A stretch of 64,000 nucleotides of DNA from Camelus dromedarius (taxonomy: Eukaryota): NCBI RefSeq assembly GCF_036321535.1, contig NC_087437.1, positions 16,556,001 to 16,620,000 on the forward strand, read 5' to 3'. This document shows positions 23,519 through 36,200 of this stretch, in pieces. Below the pieces are notes generated by a model. It was not told the origin of the DNA, searched no databases, and saw only the letters and a program-made list of their open reading frames with translations. The translations under genes were made by a program, and so were the position numbers. Positions within the stretch are counted from its first letter, which is position 1. Each line of letters opens with the position of its first letter.

Positions 23519-25759
23519 CTCTAGGGAATTGCTCTTGGATTCTGAGATTTGTGCAGGAACGGCAATGCATGCTGGGAAGACAGAGTCGGAAGTCAGCAGG
23601 CCAGCTGAAACACAAATCGAATGTGAGGTCTTGGAACCATTATTCACCTCTCCAAGTCTCAGTTTCCTTATCCATCAAATCGGAGTAAGGACACCTGCTT
23701 CATGGTGTCATGGTAAAGACTGCATGATGCACAGTGCTAACCACCAGATCAGCGCCCACACCAGTAGGTGCGCACAGAGCACTGGCTATCATCCTAATGG
23801 GATTCGTGGGGTCTTTCCAAGAGCATCTTGGAATATCCAAGCCAACTAGACTTACTCTGAAACCACGACCCTTTGCACCCAGAATCAGCCGAAATCTGAG
23901 AGGTTCTTTGGCTTTTTTTTTTAATGTTTTTTTTTTTTTTAAGGTCATCTAATCTTCTAGCTAATGTAAGCCCAAGCTGATGAACACCGAAAGAAGCAGG
24001 TCAGAAGATGCCCGGGAGCTGTGGGGCCATCATTCCTCCCCACAGCACGGCCTCTTGTCCGCACCCTGCAGATGGGGAAACTGGGGTTCAGTTATCAGTG
24101 GTGCAGCTGGGACTCAAACCCAGGTCTCAGGTGCCCCACACAGCCCCTGTCACCTGCTAAAATGTCTAATGACAGTGGCATTCAGGAGGCTTTATGAACC
24201 ACAGTCTAAAGCCCTCCTTGGGCAGGACAAGCCTACCCGGGAGCTGAGAGCTGAGACTAGACCCCAGGTCTCAGTGGGGAGCGGGTGGCAGGACTCCTGC
24301 TATTCCCACGGAGGATGAAAAATCAGAGCAAGGCATTGGAGGTTAGACGGAGGACACAGCAAGCACTCCCAGGCATCACTTCACGGGGAAAGAAAAAGAG
24401 AAACAGAACACATAGCTTGAGGAAATGGAATCAGAATGTCCACTGCAATCGGGATGGAACACCAGCCTGGGGAAGGAGGAATGAGGACGAATTGGCCTTA
24501 GAGGGGGCCGGACAGCAAGTATAAACACCCAGAACGCTACTTCCATTCAGCTCCTACATAAAGCACAGTTACAGAGTGAAGGAGCCAATTTCAGCATGAC
24601 AGGAGGAGGCATAAAAAGGATATGTGGGACCGTATGCCTCTTCCCCAGCACGGCATAACCAGACTGTAACTAGACAAAGTGCTTGGATGGGCACCGTGGC
24701 TAATTAACAGTGACCCCTTTAAAAAGAGAGCTCCGCTTATTTTTATGGACATGCTGAACATAACTAGCAGGATTTAAAATCGGGCTCTCCTTACTCATTT
24801 ATTTTTCCCTATAACTTGAACTGTGTTTTCCCCGGGTTCCGAACTAATGAAATGCTTATTTAAAAGCTGTGGCCATCTGTGGCTGGTGCTGCCGTGTTCA
24901 TTTCTGCTCCCAGCCTGCGGGTGGATGAGCTTCTGGGGCACGAGGAATTTCCCAGGATGCCCAGGCCTCGGAAGCCCAGTTGTGTGGGAAGGGATGCGCT
25001 GGGAAGAAAGGTCGGGTACCAGCGTTCCTCTGCTCCAAAGGAGCTGGCTCCAGGCTGCTCTGTCTGGAGATGCTGACAGCTGGCAGGTTGGCAGCCTCAC
25101 CTGCCGCTGGGGCGGGTTAAGGTCCACAGGGAACTGGAAGCTTCACTCCAGCACCAGCCGTAGGCATGGGCTCCACACGCTGGGGACTCCGACTCGAGAG
25201 GCCGAGGGTACCACTCCCATCTGCACCCCACATCGTTACTTTCTTCTTCCTTAGAGGGGAGGCTGCAAACCTGTGATGCTTCATCCTTGCTATTTTATTG
25301 TTTGCTCAGGGATGGTTTCCCTCCATTTACCTGTGTGATATTAAAAAATGGGGTGCATTACACTCCCCTCAATAAACGAAGTCAGCTCCAGGGCCTACCT
25401 GCCACTGGTGCTTCATGCACCCTCCTGGTTACCATTCCCCTCTCCCCAGCATCCCAAGACCCGCGTCCACAGTGGTGGCAGGTATCAATGGCTGGCAGAA
25501 CACTTGCAGCCACAGCCTTGGGTAAGACCTGCAGACAGCAGGCTCCTCCTTAATGCCATCCTTACAGCAGCCTAACCTTGCTGGACCGCTCTCCCTCCCA
25601 GCTCCCCTCTACCAACAAGATTTCCTTGTTTTGCTCACTTTTCTCCCCTCCCAGTACTAAACTCTCTGAATAATAACAATAAGATCTCACGCCCTAGATG
25701 TGCCTCCATCTCCTGTTCCTGGCCCCCTTCTCTGCCCAGTCTCTCCAAATACCACATCC

Positions 25760-26110
25760 TCAATTCCATTCAATGAACATCCGATGTGAGCCTACTCTGT
25801 GCCTGGCGTTGTCAAGGCCATTCATCCTCCCATGTGGCTCCATGAGGGCCAGAGCCCTGCCTGTGTTGTTCCCCATGTACCCCCACACCTGGCAAAGATG
25901 CTCGATCAGTATTTGTGGGATGAATGCCTGCACAGGAGGAGACAGTCATGCAAACAACCAATAAGGCACAATGTAATCAATGCTGTAAAAATCTTGAGTG
26001 CAAAGTCCTTTGGGAACTCAGAAAAGAGAGCAATTAATTCTGCCTGGGTAGGATGCATTCCAGGCAGAGGCCACTGGATGTGCAAAGGCAGGACAATGCA
26101 TTAGTGTCGT
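25760..26110 (-). mobile_element. L2 LINE fragments
   Basis: ttccattcaatgaacatccgatgtgagcctactctgtgcctggc...cattccaggcagaggccactggatgtgcaaaggc. Confidence 0.65.
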
Positions 26111-27075
26111 GAGGCAAGTGAGGTGGCCAGCTCTTCTGTCTGTGTTCTTGCCCAATAATGAAGCTATGGGGCCACAGAAGGGCTGACAGTGATGCCTCTC
26201 TGTGGGGCTGGGTCCATGTAGACCTCAGTCAAGGTAGGCTTGCCTTCCTGATGAGCACTGGGCCCCTCAGGAATGCCAGTCCCTGGGCACTTCTCTGTGC
26301 AGTCTCCTGGGACAGGTTCTGGGGACACCAGGATGAATCAGACCAGTTGCAGTCCTCAGTGCCGAGGGACAGAGAGAGACTGGGTGGTGGTACACCGTGT
26401 GTACACTGTGTCGTACACTGTGTGTAGTACAGCAAAGCCTGATGGTTCTGCCAGCCCTGGGCACCTGACCCATGCTGGCTCCAACAGTTATGAGCTCTGA
26501 ATGGCAGGAACAGCCAGAAATAGGAGGTGGAGACATGTTTAGGGGGTTGATGTCTTGAGGGAATATACCCAAGACCCTGGTTTGTTGTTAGAAGGGCTGA
26601 GAGGCCCAGGGAAGCAATAGAAGACTCCATCTCAGGTCCCACTGCCACCAGGGAATAGCCTCTGGTGTCCTGGAGGGTCTGCATGCCCCCTACCCCAACC
26701 CAAAACCTGCCAGAGAGGGCGACCCCGTCTTCTGTGAGACACCAGGTGACCTTGTCTAACTCCCCTTCCCTTCCACCCACAATGGTTTCTACTCCATTGC
26801 TTCCTTTCAATTTTCTTCCTCCTGAAGAAAGAGGCAAAGTAGAAAGAGAAAGGGAATATAAAAGCAAGACTTAGGAAAAAAGAAAGAGGAGCAAAGAAAC
26901 GAGGGTGGGGGGTGGTGGTAGCCTCATGAAGACCCCTTGGCACTAAATTAGTGACATGGCTTGGCTTTTCCAAGGATCCAGCTGGAGCCTAGAGGCATCT
27001 CTGCTCAAGGGCCAGGCTGGAAGAGGGCTTTCCCGAGAGCCTGGTGAAAGGTCCTGGGGAGGACCAGGGTCACTG

Positions 27076-27105
27076 CCCGACACCCACCCCCCCGACACCC
27101 ACCCC
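27076..27105. repeat. 15-bp perfect tandem duplication
   Basis: CCCGACACCCACCCC x2. Confidence 0.9.
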
Positions 27106-27722
27106 GTTCCCTCCCCTAGCCCCACAGAGGGTACTCTGAGCCCCCAGGTCCAGCCAGTCAGGAGCAGGTGTGACTGACAAAGCCTGCTTTGAATCTCACC
27201 AGACTCTGAGTGGGGGAGGACCCAGAGACCCAGCGGTTTCCTAACTTGTCTTCTGCTTCAGACGATGCTGCACTTCAAATCACCTCGGTTCAAACTCCTT
27301 GTGATTTTTCCAGGCTGCTGGGAGAAGAGTGTATTGATTCTGTGTTTTGATAAGGTCAACAGTGATCAGCTCTGACAGTCAAGTGGACGGCCTGTCCCCT
27401 TCCTCCTCTGCTGGATGGGGTTCCACATGCACAAAAGGAGGGAAAGAAACAAAGAAGAGGGATGAGGGGGGATGGAGGAGGCGGCGTCCAGCATTCTGAA
27501 AACCTCTTTAAGCGCCATCAGCCAAAGCAGACTCTTCTCGGGTTGCAGTATGGGAGAAGCTGAGAGGGCACACTTGATCTCTGCTGTGCGCGGTGTCATT
27601 TTCCTTTCCCTCGGGTGCACTCCTGCCCTGCAGCCTGCACTCCTTGACGGTGACTCACTTTCCTCCAAAGAATCAATTAAGTTCCATCCAACAGCGGCAG
27701 AATCCGGATGACACTGATGAAC

Positions 27723-27769
27723 GTTCAGAACCTGTAGGATTGTTCAGACCCTGTAGGATTGTTCAGACC
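27723..27769. repeat. 19-bp tandem repeat, ~2.5 copies
   Basis: GTTCAGA(A/C)CCTGTAGGATT at 27723 and 27742, partial GTTCAGACC at 27761. Confidence 0.9.
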
Positions 27770-29139
27770 AAGATGACTAGGAGGGCATGGGGAAGGCCCC
27801 TCTGAGGCTTCACACAGTTGATTTGAGCTTGATGAGAAAAGTGCTTGGCTCATCCTCCTTCACTGAGGTGGCGGGAAGGGAGGCTGCCCGGAGCTCCCTC
27901 TCCAGAAAGGGTCCACAGCTCCCCAGGAAAGGCAGGCATGTTCCCAGCCCAACCTGGCCAGCCAAGGGCTGACTTTCCTAGGAGGCCTTCCAAGTAGCAT
28001 GCAAAACACTGTGTCTATGTGTGTCTGGATATCTGTGTCAGGAGACGATTCAGAACTGTCATCCAATTCTCCAGAAGACCCACGATCCAAGAAAGGTGAC
28101 AAACGATTGTTCTATAAAGTCCATTCAAACATCCTTTAGAATGTGCCAGGCTCCCAGAAACACCTCCCGGGGCCAAGGGAGGAGTCCTGAGACATCAAGA
28201 CCTAAGACAAAGAATGATGCCTTAAGCAGGCCAGGTGCCTTAGCACAATCCTACTGCCTGGTCTGAGGGTCCAGCTGAGATCAGGCTCCTTGACGGGCCT
28301 GCTGGCCAGCAGAAAGGAGCAGGAATACAGTATCCACCTCACAGAAAGCAATGGTCCCCTGCACTGATGTCAGTTGGATACCAGCTGCCAAATTACGTTC
28401 AGATCCAAGTTCCACGGGATCTGAACCAACCTCAATATATTCAGAGCCACTAACCAGGATGAAATCCTGAAATCACAACATCAAACACAATAGAGATCAC
28501 AGCCACCACTGAGTGGGAGCCCACCCTGCCAGGCCCAAGGTTGGGTGCTTCAAGCACAAGAGCTCATTAAACACTTACAACAACAACCCTATGAAGTACC
28601 TCCGTCTCTGCTGTAGAGATGAGGAGGCTGAGATTCAGAGAGAGAACGTGTTTGCCATCACAAGGCCAGCGTGTGAGGATGGGTGGACTTGGGCTGATGT
28701 CCCTGTAACTCCAAAAGCCCATGTTTCTGGAACCAGACCATAAAGGAAGAAAGTCAGAACTGAGGAGTCGCTTGGAGATGAGAATCCCTGGAAATGTGAC
28801 AACAGAGAAGGGACTAAACCCTTGCTGCAAAGAGAAGAACTGGGAATAAGGAGTTAAGATGTTGGTAGAAGGCAGATTTGGGGTCATATAGAGTTCTGTG
28901 TGTTTTCCCCCCAACAGCCTTGGACAATAAGACAAGGTAACTGCCAGGCTCTCAGTTCTCTTCCAAAAAAAATTTGAAGCCCCTGCTGAGAGAAGTGTTA
29001 GGTCATTTCTGGAACAGAGATAACCATAGTTTGCTCTGTGCAACCCCTTTACCACACTGATTGGACCAGAAGTAGACAGACTCCTGATTCGGAATAGTCG
29101 GACCTGACCTTAGGGGGGCGCTCAGGGCCAGCAGCGTCT

Positions 29140-29550
29140 TAGGTAAGGTAGTGTTTGCTGCTGCAACAAACACACCCACGTGCATGATGGGTCACACCTG
29201 ATATAGACTTATTCTTACTTGTGTAAATTTCTAAATGGAGGTTCCTAATTGGCAGGCAGGTCTCCTTTAAGTGGTGATTTAGGGACCCAGGCTGTTTCCG
29301 TCTTGTGCTTCTCCTGTCTTCAAAGTGTGGCTTCCAAGTCGCCGTGTTGATCTACAGAAAGGGAAAGATCATAGAGCCCTGCACTTGGGATGTTTTTTTG
29401 CCAGGTCTGGAAGCACATCACTTCAGCTCATATTCCACTGGCAGGAACCCTGTCACATGGTTACACCCAACTGCAAGGGAGACTGGGAGATGTAGTCTAG
29501 CTACGTACTCAGGAAGAAGAGGAAATCCACTGAAACTTCGTCAGCCTCTG
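29140..29550 (-). mobile_element. Old MaLR LTR (MLT1J/K-like)
   Basis: gtggtgatttagggacccaggctgtttccgtcttgtgcttc...tattccactggcaggaaccctgtcacatggttacacccaactgcaagggagactgggagatgtagtctag. Confidence 0.75.
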
Positions 29551-32199
29551 CCAGGAGCAGAGGGACGCCAGGTACTCAGTAGAGGTAGATTCGCAACATT
29601 CTTTCCCGTCCTCTCACATTTTGGCAGTTCTCTCCCGGAGGCCCTCAAGAAGGAAACAAGTGTTCCTTTTCTAAAACAATAATCCTCCTGAGAACTCTAT
29701 ACCAAACCGGGGGCCCATATGACCCAAGGCCCCACAAAATAGTGAATCATAGATGTGGCCATTTTACAAATTTGTCCCCCAGGCTGCAGACCATTAGCCC
29801 CACCTACAGGATGGTAGCACTTCAGATCTCTCCATCTTGGTGCTTTTCTAGAAGCCTCCCAAAGGAACTGGTGGTCTCTTCCCCATGAGTTCTTGCTCAT
29901 TCTCCTGTTGGTTCCTGTCCACCATCACCCTGCTCATCACATTAACGTTCTGCTGTGTCAACAGCACAGCACTCACCCCACCAGCATTGACTCACTCTGG
30001 ACCTCCTCCTCCCCTTGAAGAACCTCTTCCCCTCCTGCCTGCCTCCTTGAGTTTAGTCCCCACTTGGCTCCAAACACCACCCTCAGAGCCACCTGCAGCA
30101 GGGCTGTCTGTAGTTTCACAGCTTCAGAAGTACCATCCACAATGTAATCCATGGACAAGATGCCCCCTGAGTTATGCCGTGGGCAGCCCGAAGTCAGACA
30201 CCAGGAGAGGCATCACTGACCCCACATGCCGACATCTCCACACCTTTGCTCTTCCTATGTTAGGACCACTGAAACATAGATTATTCGAATCATTCTGACT
30301 GACATTTAATATGGAGAAATGAAGGCACTCAGAGGTGAAGGGGCAACCTTAAAAGCACAGAATGGAATAGATTAGACTGCATTTCAAATGACCTATCTCT
30401 CACAGAAAGTGAAACACTGACCTTAGTTTCAAGACCAGTTGCTGTGTGTGTGGATGTGGGTGTCTGTCTGTCTGTCTTAACCTCCTTTGACAGAGCAAAG
30501 TCCCTGATAAAAACAGAAAAGTTACAACTGTTACAATAGGGTCATTTGCTGAAATCATCTACTTTATCTGTGTGCTTATCTGTGACCATATATTCATTCT
30601 GCCATCCTGGTCCACAACTATTTGCAAGAAGGCTGTATCCTCACGTCCCACCATGGTGCCAGACACACAGCAGGCACTCAGTGATTACTTGTTAGATGAA
30701 TGAGTGAGTGAGTGAAGCCAAGCTTTTACACGTTGTGTCCAAAACTGCCCTTGATGGGGGGAGAGGAAGTGTTACCAGGGCTCTTCTCACCCAGTGGAAG
30801 AAAATAAGACAAGAAAGCAAGCCATACTCTGCGGCTGAACTAGATTCAAGTGGTCCACACCGAGGGCTTCCTCCAAGCCACGGGCGCACTCAGATCCACC
30901 CCCAGCCGCTAGCCAACGTCTCCCAGAAGCTGCCCTAGTGCCCAACCACACCCCAGCGCCGCCCGCACTCCCTCTGTTCCCTGCTTCTCCTCCTCTGCCC
31001 CAGCCTGGGCACCCAAAGCTGTGTGGTCTCTCACTGCCCAAATTAGCTCCCGGGAGCTGGCATAGAGCCCTCCAGAGTCTGAAGGCAGGGCGACCCGGGA
31101 GGAGGTATGAGCCCAGAGATCTTGGAGCCGGCCCAGGTGAGCAAATACATCCTTGATGAACTCAGCCACCAGGAGCCTGACAGATCTTCCTTTAGAAAAT
31201 GTGTCCTGGGCACAAAAATCAGGCAAAGGACCAGAAATGGCCAAGAAGCACAAGGGTCCGTGCTTCTGGGCTCCAGCTTCATCAATTTAAAATATCAGCT
31301 CCAAGATGTCACCCCATTTCTTTTCAGAAAGAACGTGTTATGCACTCTACAAGATGTAGCAGTTTAGGAAAGCCAGAAAGGATTGGTGTGTCCGCTCCAA
31401 GTGGACTCTCTGGGGCCGCCAATCTGCAGCCTGAAAACATTTCTCTTTCATTTATTGTGCAGTTTTTATTTAAAGAGAAAGTCCCCACATGGAATGGAGA
31501 GGAGTGTGCAGGTTGTTTTGAGGGCATCTTTCCTTTCTGTGACACAGTGAGCCTGATCTCCATTTTTCCAAGCTCCAGAGAGAAACTCCACTTGCCAACA
31601 CTTGAGTGATTTCACCTCTAGCGTTTCCATGGTGATGCACATCCTCACACAGCCTGGAGAAAAGGTGCAGCTCCAAGTGATGATGAATATGAACGAAGCT
31701 CAGCAGCCTCCCTGGGCCTGGGCGGGAGTGGGGGCGGGCGCTCTCCTGGAGGAGCTGGGATGCACAGAGCGCTGGATCCCTGTGACCTCTGCTTCAGGTA
31801 GCTTGAGATGAACTTCTGCTACCCAGGAGAGTGTGGGTGTATTCCTGGAAACCTCAGCTGGCAGGGGTTCCAGGGACCAAGAATGGGAGGAACCCATTGT
31901 CCGGGAAACAGGCACAGAGCATCCCCAACAGTGAGCTCGAGCAGCAGGCTGTCGGGACCATACCGGGTCCCGTGGGCCTGGAGTCTATGGGGCCGTAGTC
32001 TTTCTTCTGGCACCCCACGCTGGGCCACACCACCCCCAGGCTTTCATTACATTGTCCAAATTTAACTATAAAACAAAGACAAAATAAAACAATTCCTCAA
32101 GACGCTAAGGCTGACCCCTGCTACCTGGTGAGCTCTGCAGGTTAGGGTTGGGATTGGGGTGTGGACACCCCCCTTGCCCTCCCTCAGACAAGACCTGTA

Positions 32200-32430
32200 A
32201 TAAAGCTGCTACGTACTGCGTGCTTGCTCGGTGCCAGACTCCACACTAGGTGCAGTTTACACATTCTCTCACGTGACCTTCACAACAAGAGCAACACTAC
32301 GTGGTAGATAGTGTTACTGTTTCCATTTCACAGATGGAGAAACTGGAGCTCAGAGAGATTAACTGACTCTCCCAAGTCCACCCAGCTTGTAAGGGACAAG
32401 CTGGGATTTGAATTCAAGCAGCCTAACCCA
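32200..32430 (-). mobile_element. MIR SINE
   Basis: ccatttcacagatggagaaactggagctcagagagattaactgactctcccaagtccacccagc...gctgggatttgaattcaagcag. Confidence 0.85.
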
Positions 32431-32726
32431 CAGCCGGGTATCAGGTCAGTTTCCAGTCCTCTGTCTAGGGCTGGGCTGACCCTACCCACACCATGAACGA
32501 CGACACACCGATCGATCTTCAGGCCTCATGTCCGTTCAGCCCTCCACTGCCTCCAGTAACAACCACAGCGTCCACTTCTTCAGCATCTTTATATGCTAAA
32601 CATTTTATATCCTTGACATAATCTGATCTTATGAGACAGGCTTTAATCGGCCCACATTTCATTTGAAGAAATTGAGGCCTTTAGATATTAAGTTTGCCCG
32701 AAGGCAGAGAAGTGTCAGAGGCTAGC

Positions 32727-32892
32727 TTTTTTTCTTTTTCCTTTTCTAAATAATTTTTAAAATATTTTTGGGGGGGGGTAACTAGGTTTTTTGTTTGTTT
32801 CTTTGTTTTAATGGAGGTACTGGGGATTGAACGTAGGACCTCACGTATGCTAAGCACGCGCTTTACCATTCAGCTATACCCTCCCCCCGCCC
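32727..32892 (-). mobile_element. tRNA-Ala-derived SINE (Vic-1-like) inserted in a MIR
   Basis: Reverse complement reads gggagggtatagctgaatggtaaagcgcgtgcttagcatacgtgaggtcctacgttcaatccccagtacctcca; AGGCTAG on both flanks (32719, 32895); MIR sequence on both sides. Confidence 0.9.
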
Positions 32893-34469
32893 AAAGGCTA
32901 GTTTTGAACTCAGTTCTGACTGCAAAGCCAGGGCGTCTGCCTTGTGCTTCACTTTTCACATTATCTCATTTAATCCATAATTGAGCTGGCCAGCTCTCCA
33001 ACTTTCGGGCATCAGCCAGGGAGCAGGCTTGGCACGGCTCATCCACCCGTCCCCAAGGTCACACAGCGGGTAAGTAGGGAAGCCAGGGCAGGAACCCAGG
33101 TAGCAACTGGGCTCCTGACTTCGGGGACTGAGGCCTTGTCCTCTCCTGGGCTTTGCTGTGCATTGAGGCTACGTGCACGTGTGTGCTGAGGAGGGAGCAA
33201 TTCTGCCTGGGGCTTCAGGAGTGAGGCTGATACAGGAGGGACTTCGGTGCAGAAAAGACCAGGAGCAACTAGCAGTGTGGATTCCTTCTCAGCTGTTCAG
33301 GGGCTTCTATAGGTTAATGGATAAAGTTCAGGGATTTCATAAACCACCCGAAATGAGACCAAAAAATATGCATCTATGGGAACTGTTCCTTTTTCTGGGG
33401 AGAATTACCACCATTTTCTTAGATTCTCAAAAGGATCCCTGATTCCCCACCAGACAGACTAAGGACCGGTGCCTGCCTTAAAGCGATGCATCTGGTCTGA
33501 GGGGTGGCTTATAGGAGGAAGCTGAACGTTTGACAGGTGCAGTGTCACCAGCATCCACAAACCTGCTCTATGTAGCTCAAACCTTCCCCTGTCTGTCTCC
33601 TGGGCTCCCTCTTCCTGCTGCATCCTTGACTCCTGGACACTGGTGAGAGCTGCCATGACTTGAGGTGGGGAAAGGGAGAACCATAGCTCTTCTCAGTCCA
33701 GGAAGTAAGCTTTCTCTGCTCTGTTTTTTCTCAGCATCTGCAACCTGGACCATTCTTCCTTAGGGCTCCCAGGTTGCCTGAAGACCAGTGCGCCCTCAGC
33801 CTCCCCCTTTCCATTATGCATTTCCAGATGCACACCTAATGCTCTGTGTGCTTTCAAGTCAGAACCATGGTGGGAGTGACTCATTTGGAAAGGCTTGTGC
33901 CTAGAGCACTTGGCACAACACATGACTAATCTGGATGATGGCCACTGCGAAGATGGACAAATTAAGACCTTGCAGGGTTAAACAGGCTGGGAGGATGGAG
34001 CAGCAACAGTCCCCTCCGCAGAGCTGATCCCCAGCAGCAGCGTGGCAGAGTTCTGCCCAGTTCCCAGGAGTGCAGGGTCAGGCTGCTTAGCTGAGAGAAT
34101 CAAAGCATTTTCAAGATGATTCTGTTTGAACTGTGCTCCTCTCACTGCCTGTGTGCACATTCACGAGGCCAGTCAGACCCAATGCTGTCATCCAATTAGC
34201 ACATGCCAGCATCCACCTCCCCAGGGCTAACATGAAACAAGCAGGATGAGATCAAACTCCAGTCCCACTACTTTTATAGTAGACGTCCAGAGGCACCTGA
34301 GGAGGCCGAATGCACCTGGTCCAGGCAGCTGACGGTGTCACTGTCGCCCAGCAACCCCAGCAAAGGCAGAGGCTCATACTCCTCCACCAGGACGACATGA
34401 CTATGCCCCCTCTCTAGGCCTGGCAGCGAGCCAGGTCCCCGGGAGTCAGAGATGAAAGACAATCTGTCT

Positions 34470-36200
34470 TTTGAACAAGCTCACAGTCTAGTGGGAGATG
34501 CAGCCTGGTAAAAAGGCAATTACACCAGAGCAAGATAAGAGCTGTGATAGAGTGAAGCCCAGGGAACCTGAGAGCACAGAGGACGGGGTGCCTAACTCAG
34601 CTAGAGGAGTGTCAGGGAAGGCTTCCTGGAGGAGGTGGTGCATGCCCTGACTCAGGAGTTAGCAGAGGGAGCCCCATATTGGGCAGGCAAGTTGTTCAGT
34701 GTGATCAGAGCAGGGGAGGAGGCGGATGTGTACTGGGACAAATGAGGGAACCGGAGACATGAACGGCTTCCCAAGCCACCGATACTCACGCTTTAGCGTG
34801 CGTCACCTGGAAAGCTTGTTAAACTGATTAATGGGCCCAATCCCAGAGCTTCTGATCCATGTCTAAGCTGGTGCCTGGGAATCTGCATTTCTAATAAGTT
34901 CCCAGGTGATGCTGATGTTGCTGGTCCAGGGACTCCTCTTCTTCTAACAATGTTTGGATTGAAGGGTGGAGGGAAGGCTATTAAAAGGGGCTGATGGGGG
35001 AATGATACCAGGTTTGTATTTCAGGATCACTCTGACAACATCCAGTCAAGGATGGACTGCATGTGGTGGGATTAAGGACAGAAAGACTAGTCAGGAGGCA
35101 GTTGCAAGGGACCCAGGTGAGAATGTGGCAGCTCCAGCAAGAACAGAGACGGTGGGCACGTGTGCGTGGAGATGGGCTGTGGGTGGCAGGGCAGCAGAGG
35201 GCCCCAGGGGAATCAAGAACAAAAGCATGGTTTCTGGCACAGAGATTTCATCCACAGTTAGGACCACACCCTAAGGCAGTAAATACAAGAGGACCTTTTA
35301 TTTTTAATTTTCACAAGGATAAGGATTTGGGATTGATGAGGGTTTTTTGTACCTGTGAAGTTTGAGATGTCTACAAGACATTGAAAGCAAAAATACACAG
35401 ACTTGAAGACCGGAGAGAGAGATGATCTAAGGGCGATTTGAATTTTTTCACTAGTTGGGGTGGGGGCGAGTGAGAGACACCGAGGAGAAGACAGTGGCCC
35501 AAGAACAATGGGCAAATTGAGAGGAGAAGAGGGCCTAGATCAACACCTTTGAAACATCATCCTTTAAGAGGCTGGCAAAAACGGATGGCAACAGAGGAGT
35601 ATCAGGAACGTGTCACCTGGGTCCTCCAGGAAACAGACACCGAGACGGAGTTAGGAGGCAGAAGGTTCACTGGGAGCAACGCTGTGAAGGGGGAAGGTAA
35701 GGGGGAGGACTGGGCAGGGCGTTGGTCAGACTGGTGCAGACCCAAGTCTCCGCCACCTCCTGGGAGCTCCAGGGCAAAGATTCCCATTGGAGGATCCCAG
35801 GTGGGAAAGTGGCTGAGCCCTCTACCCCTCCTTGCCCGGCCATTGGTCAAGAAGACCTTGACCCACAGATGAAGGGAATCCTGAGGGAGCCTCAACTAGG
35901 CAGTACGTCCTTTCTCAAGTGGGGGTCTGAGCCTTGTATTTCCACGACCACCACAAGGAGTAAGTGGGAAGACACATCGAGTTGTCACAGAAGCCAAAGG
36001 AGGTGACAGTAAGGAGAGAATCATGGACAGTTTCCAAAGCCTCCCAGCAAGAAGGTTTATCATATGATTGTGGATTCGATTTACCCCCCAGAGTAGTGAG
36101 ATGAGGTTTGTCACCAAGGAGCAGTTACAAGTGAAGCATGAAAGCCCAGGCTGGAAGGTGCCAGGGACGTGGGAAGAAGGGTAGAGATGGTGGGTGTAGA
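34470..36200 (-). mobile_element. Fragmented L2 LINE, interrupted by a MER5A-like MITE (~34780-34940) and an LTR
   Basis: aagctcacagtctagtgggaga...gtcagggaaggcttcctggaggaggtg...ttcaggatcactctgac...gtttgagatgtctacaagacat...ggacagtttccaaag. Confidence 0.7.
35609..35955 (-). mobile_element. LTR16-like ERVL solo LTR
   Basis: ctgggtcctccaggaaacagacaccgagacggagttaggaggcagaaggttcactggg...ccaccaca; flanks AGGAA/AGGAG resemble a 5-bp TSD with one change. Confidence 0.65.

Noticed and set aside
26229..26867. Longest ORF in the track (212 aa, minus strand)
   Set aside because: No recognisable domain, no ATG at the listed start, and no supporting splice structure; such lengths can occur by chance in GC-rich mammalian DNA
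27723..27769. CRISPR-like direct repeats
   Set aside because: Head-to-tail units with no spacers, no cas genes, and a mammalian context
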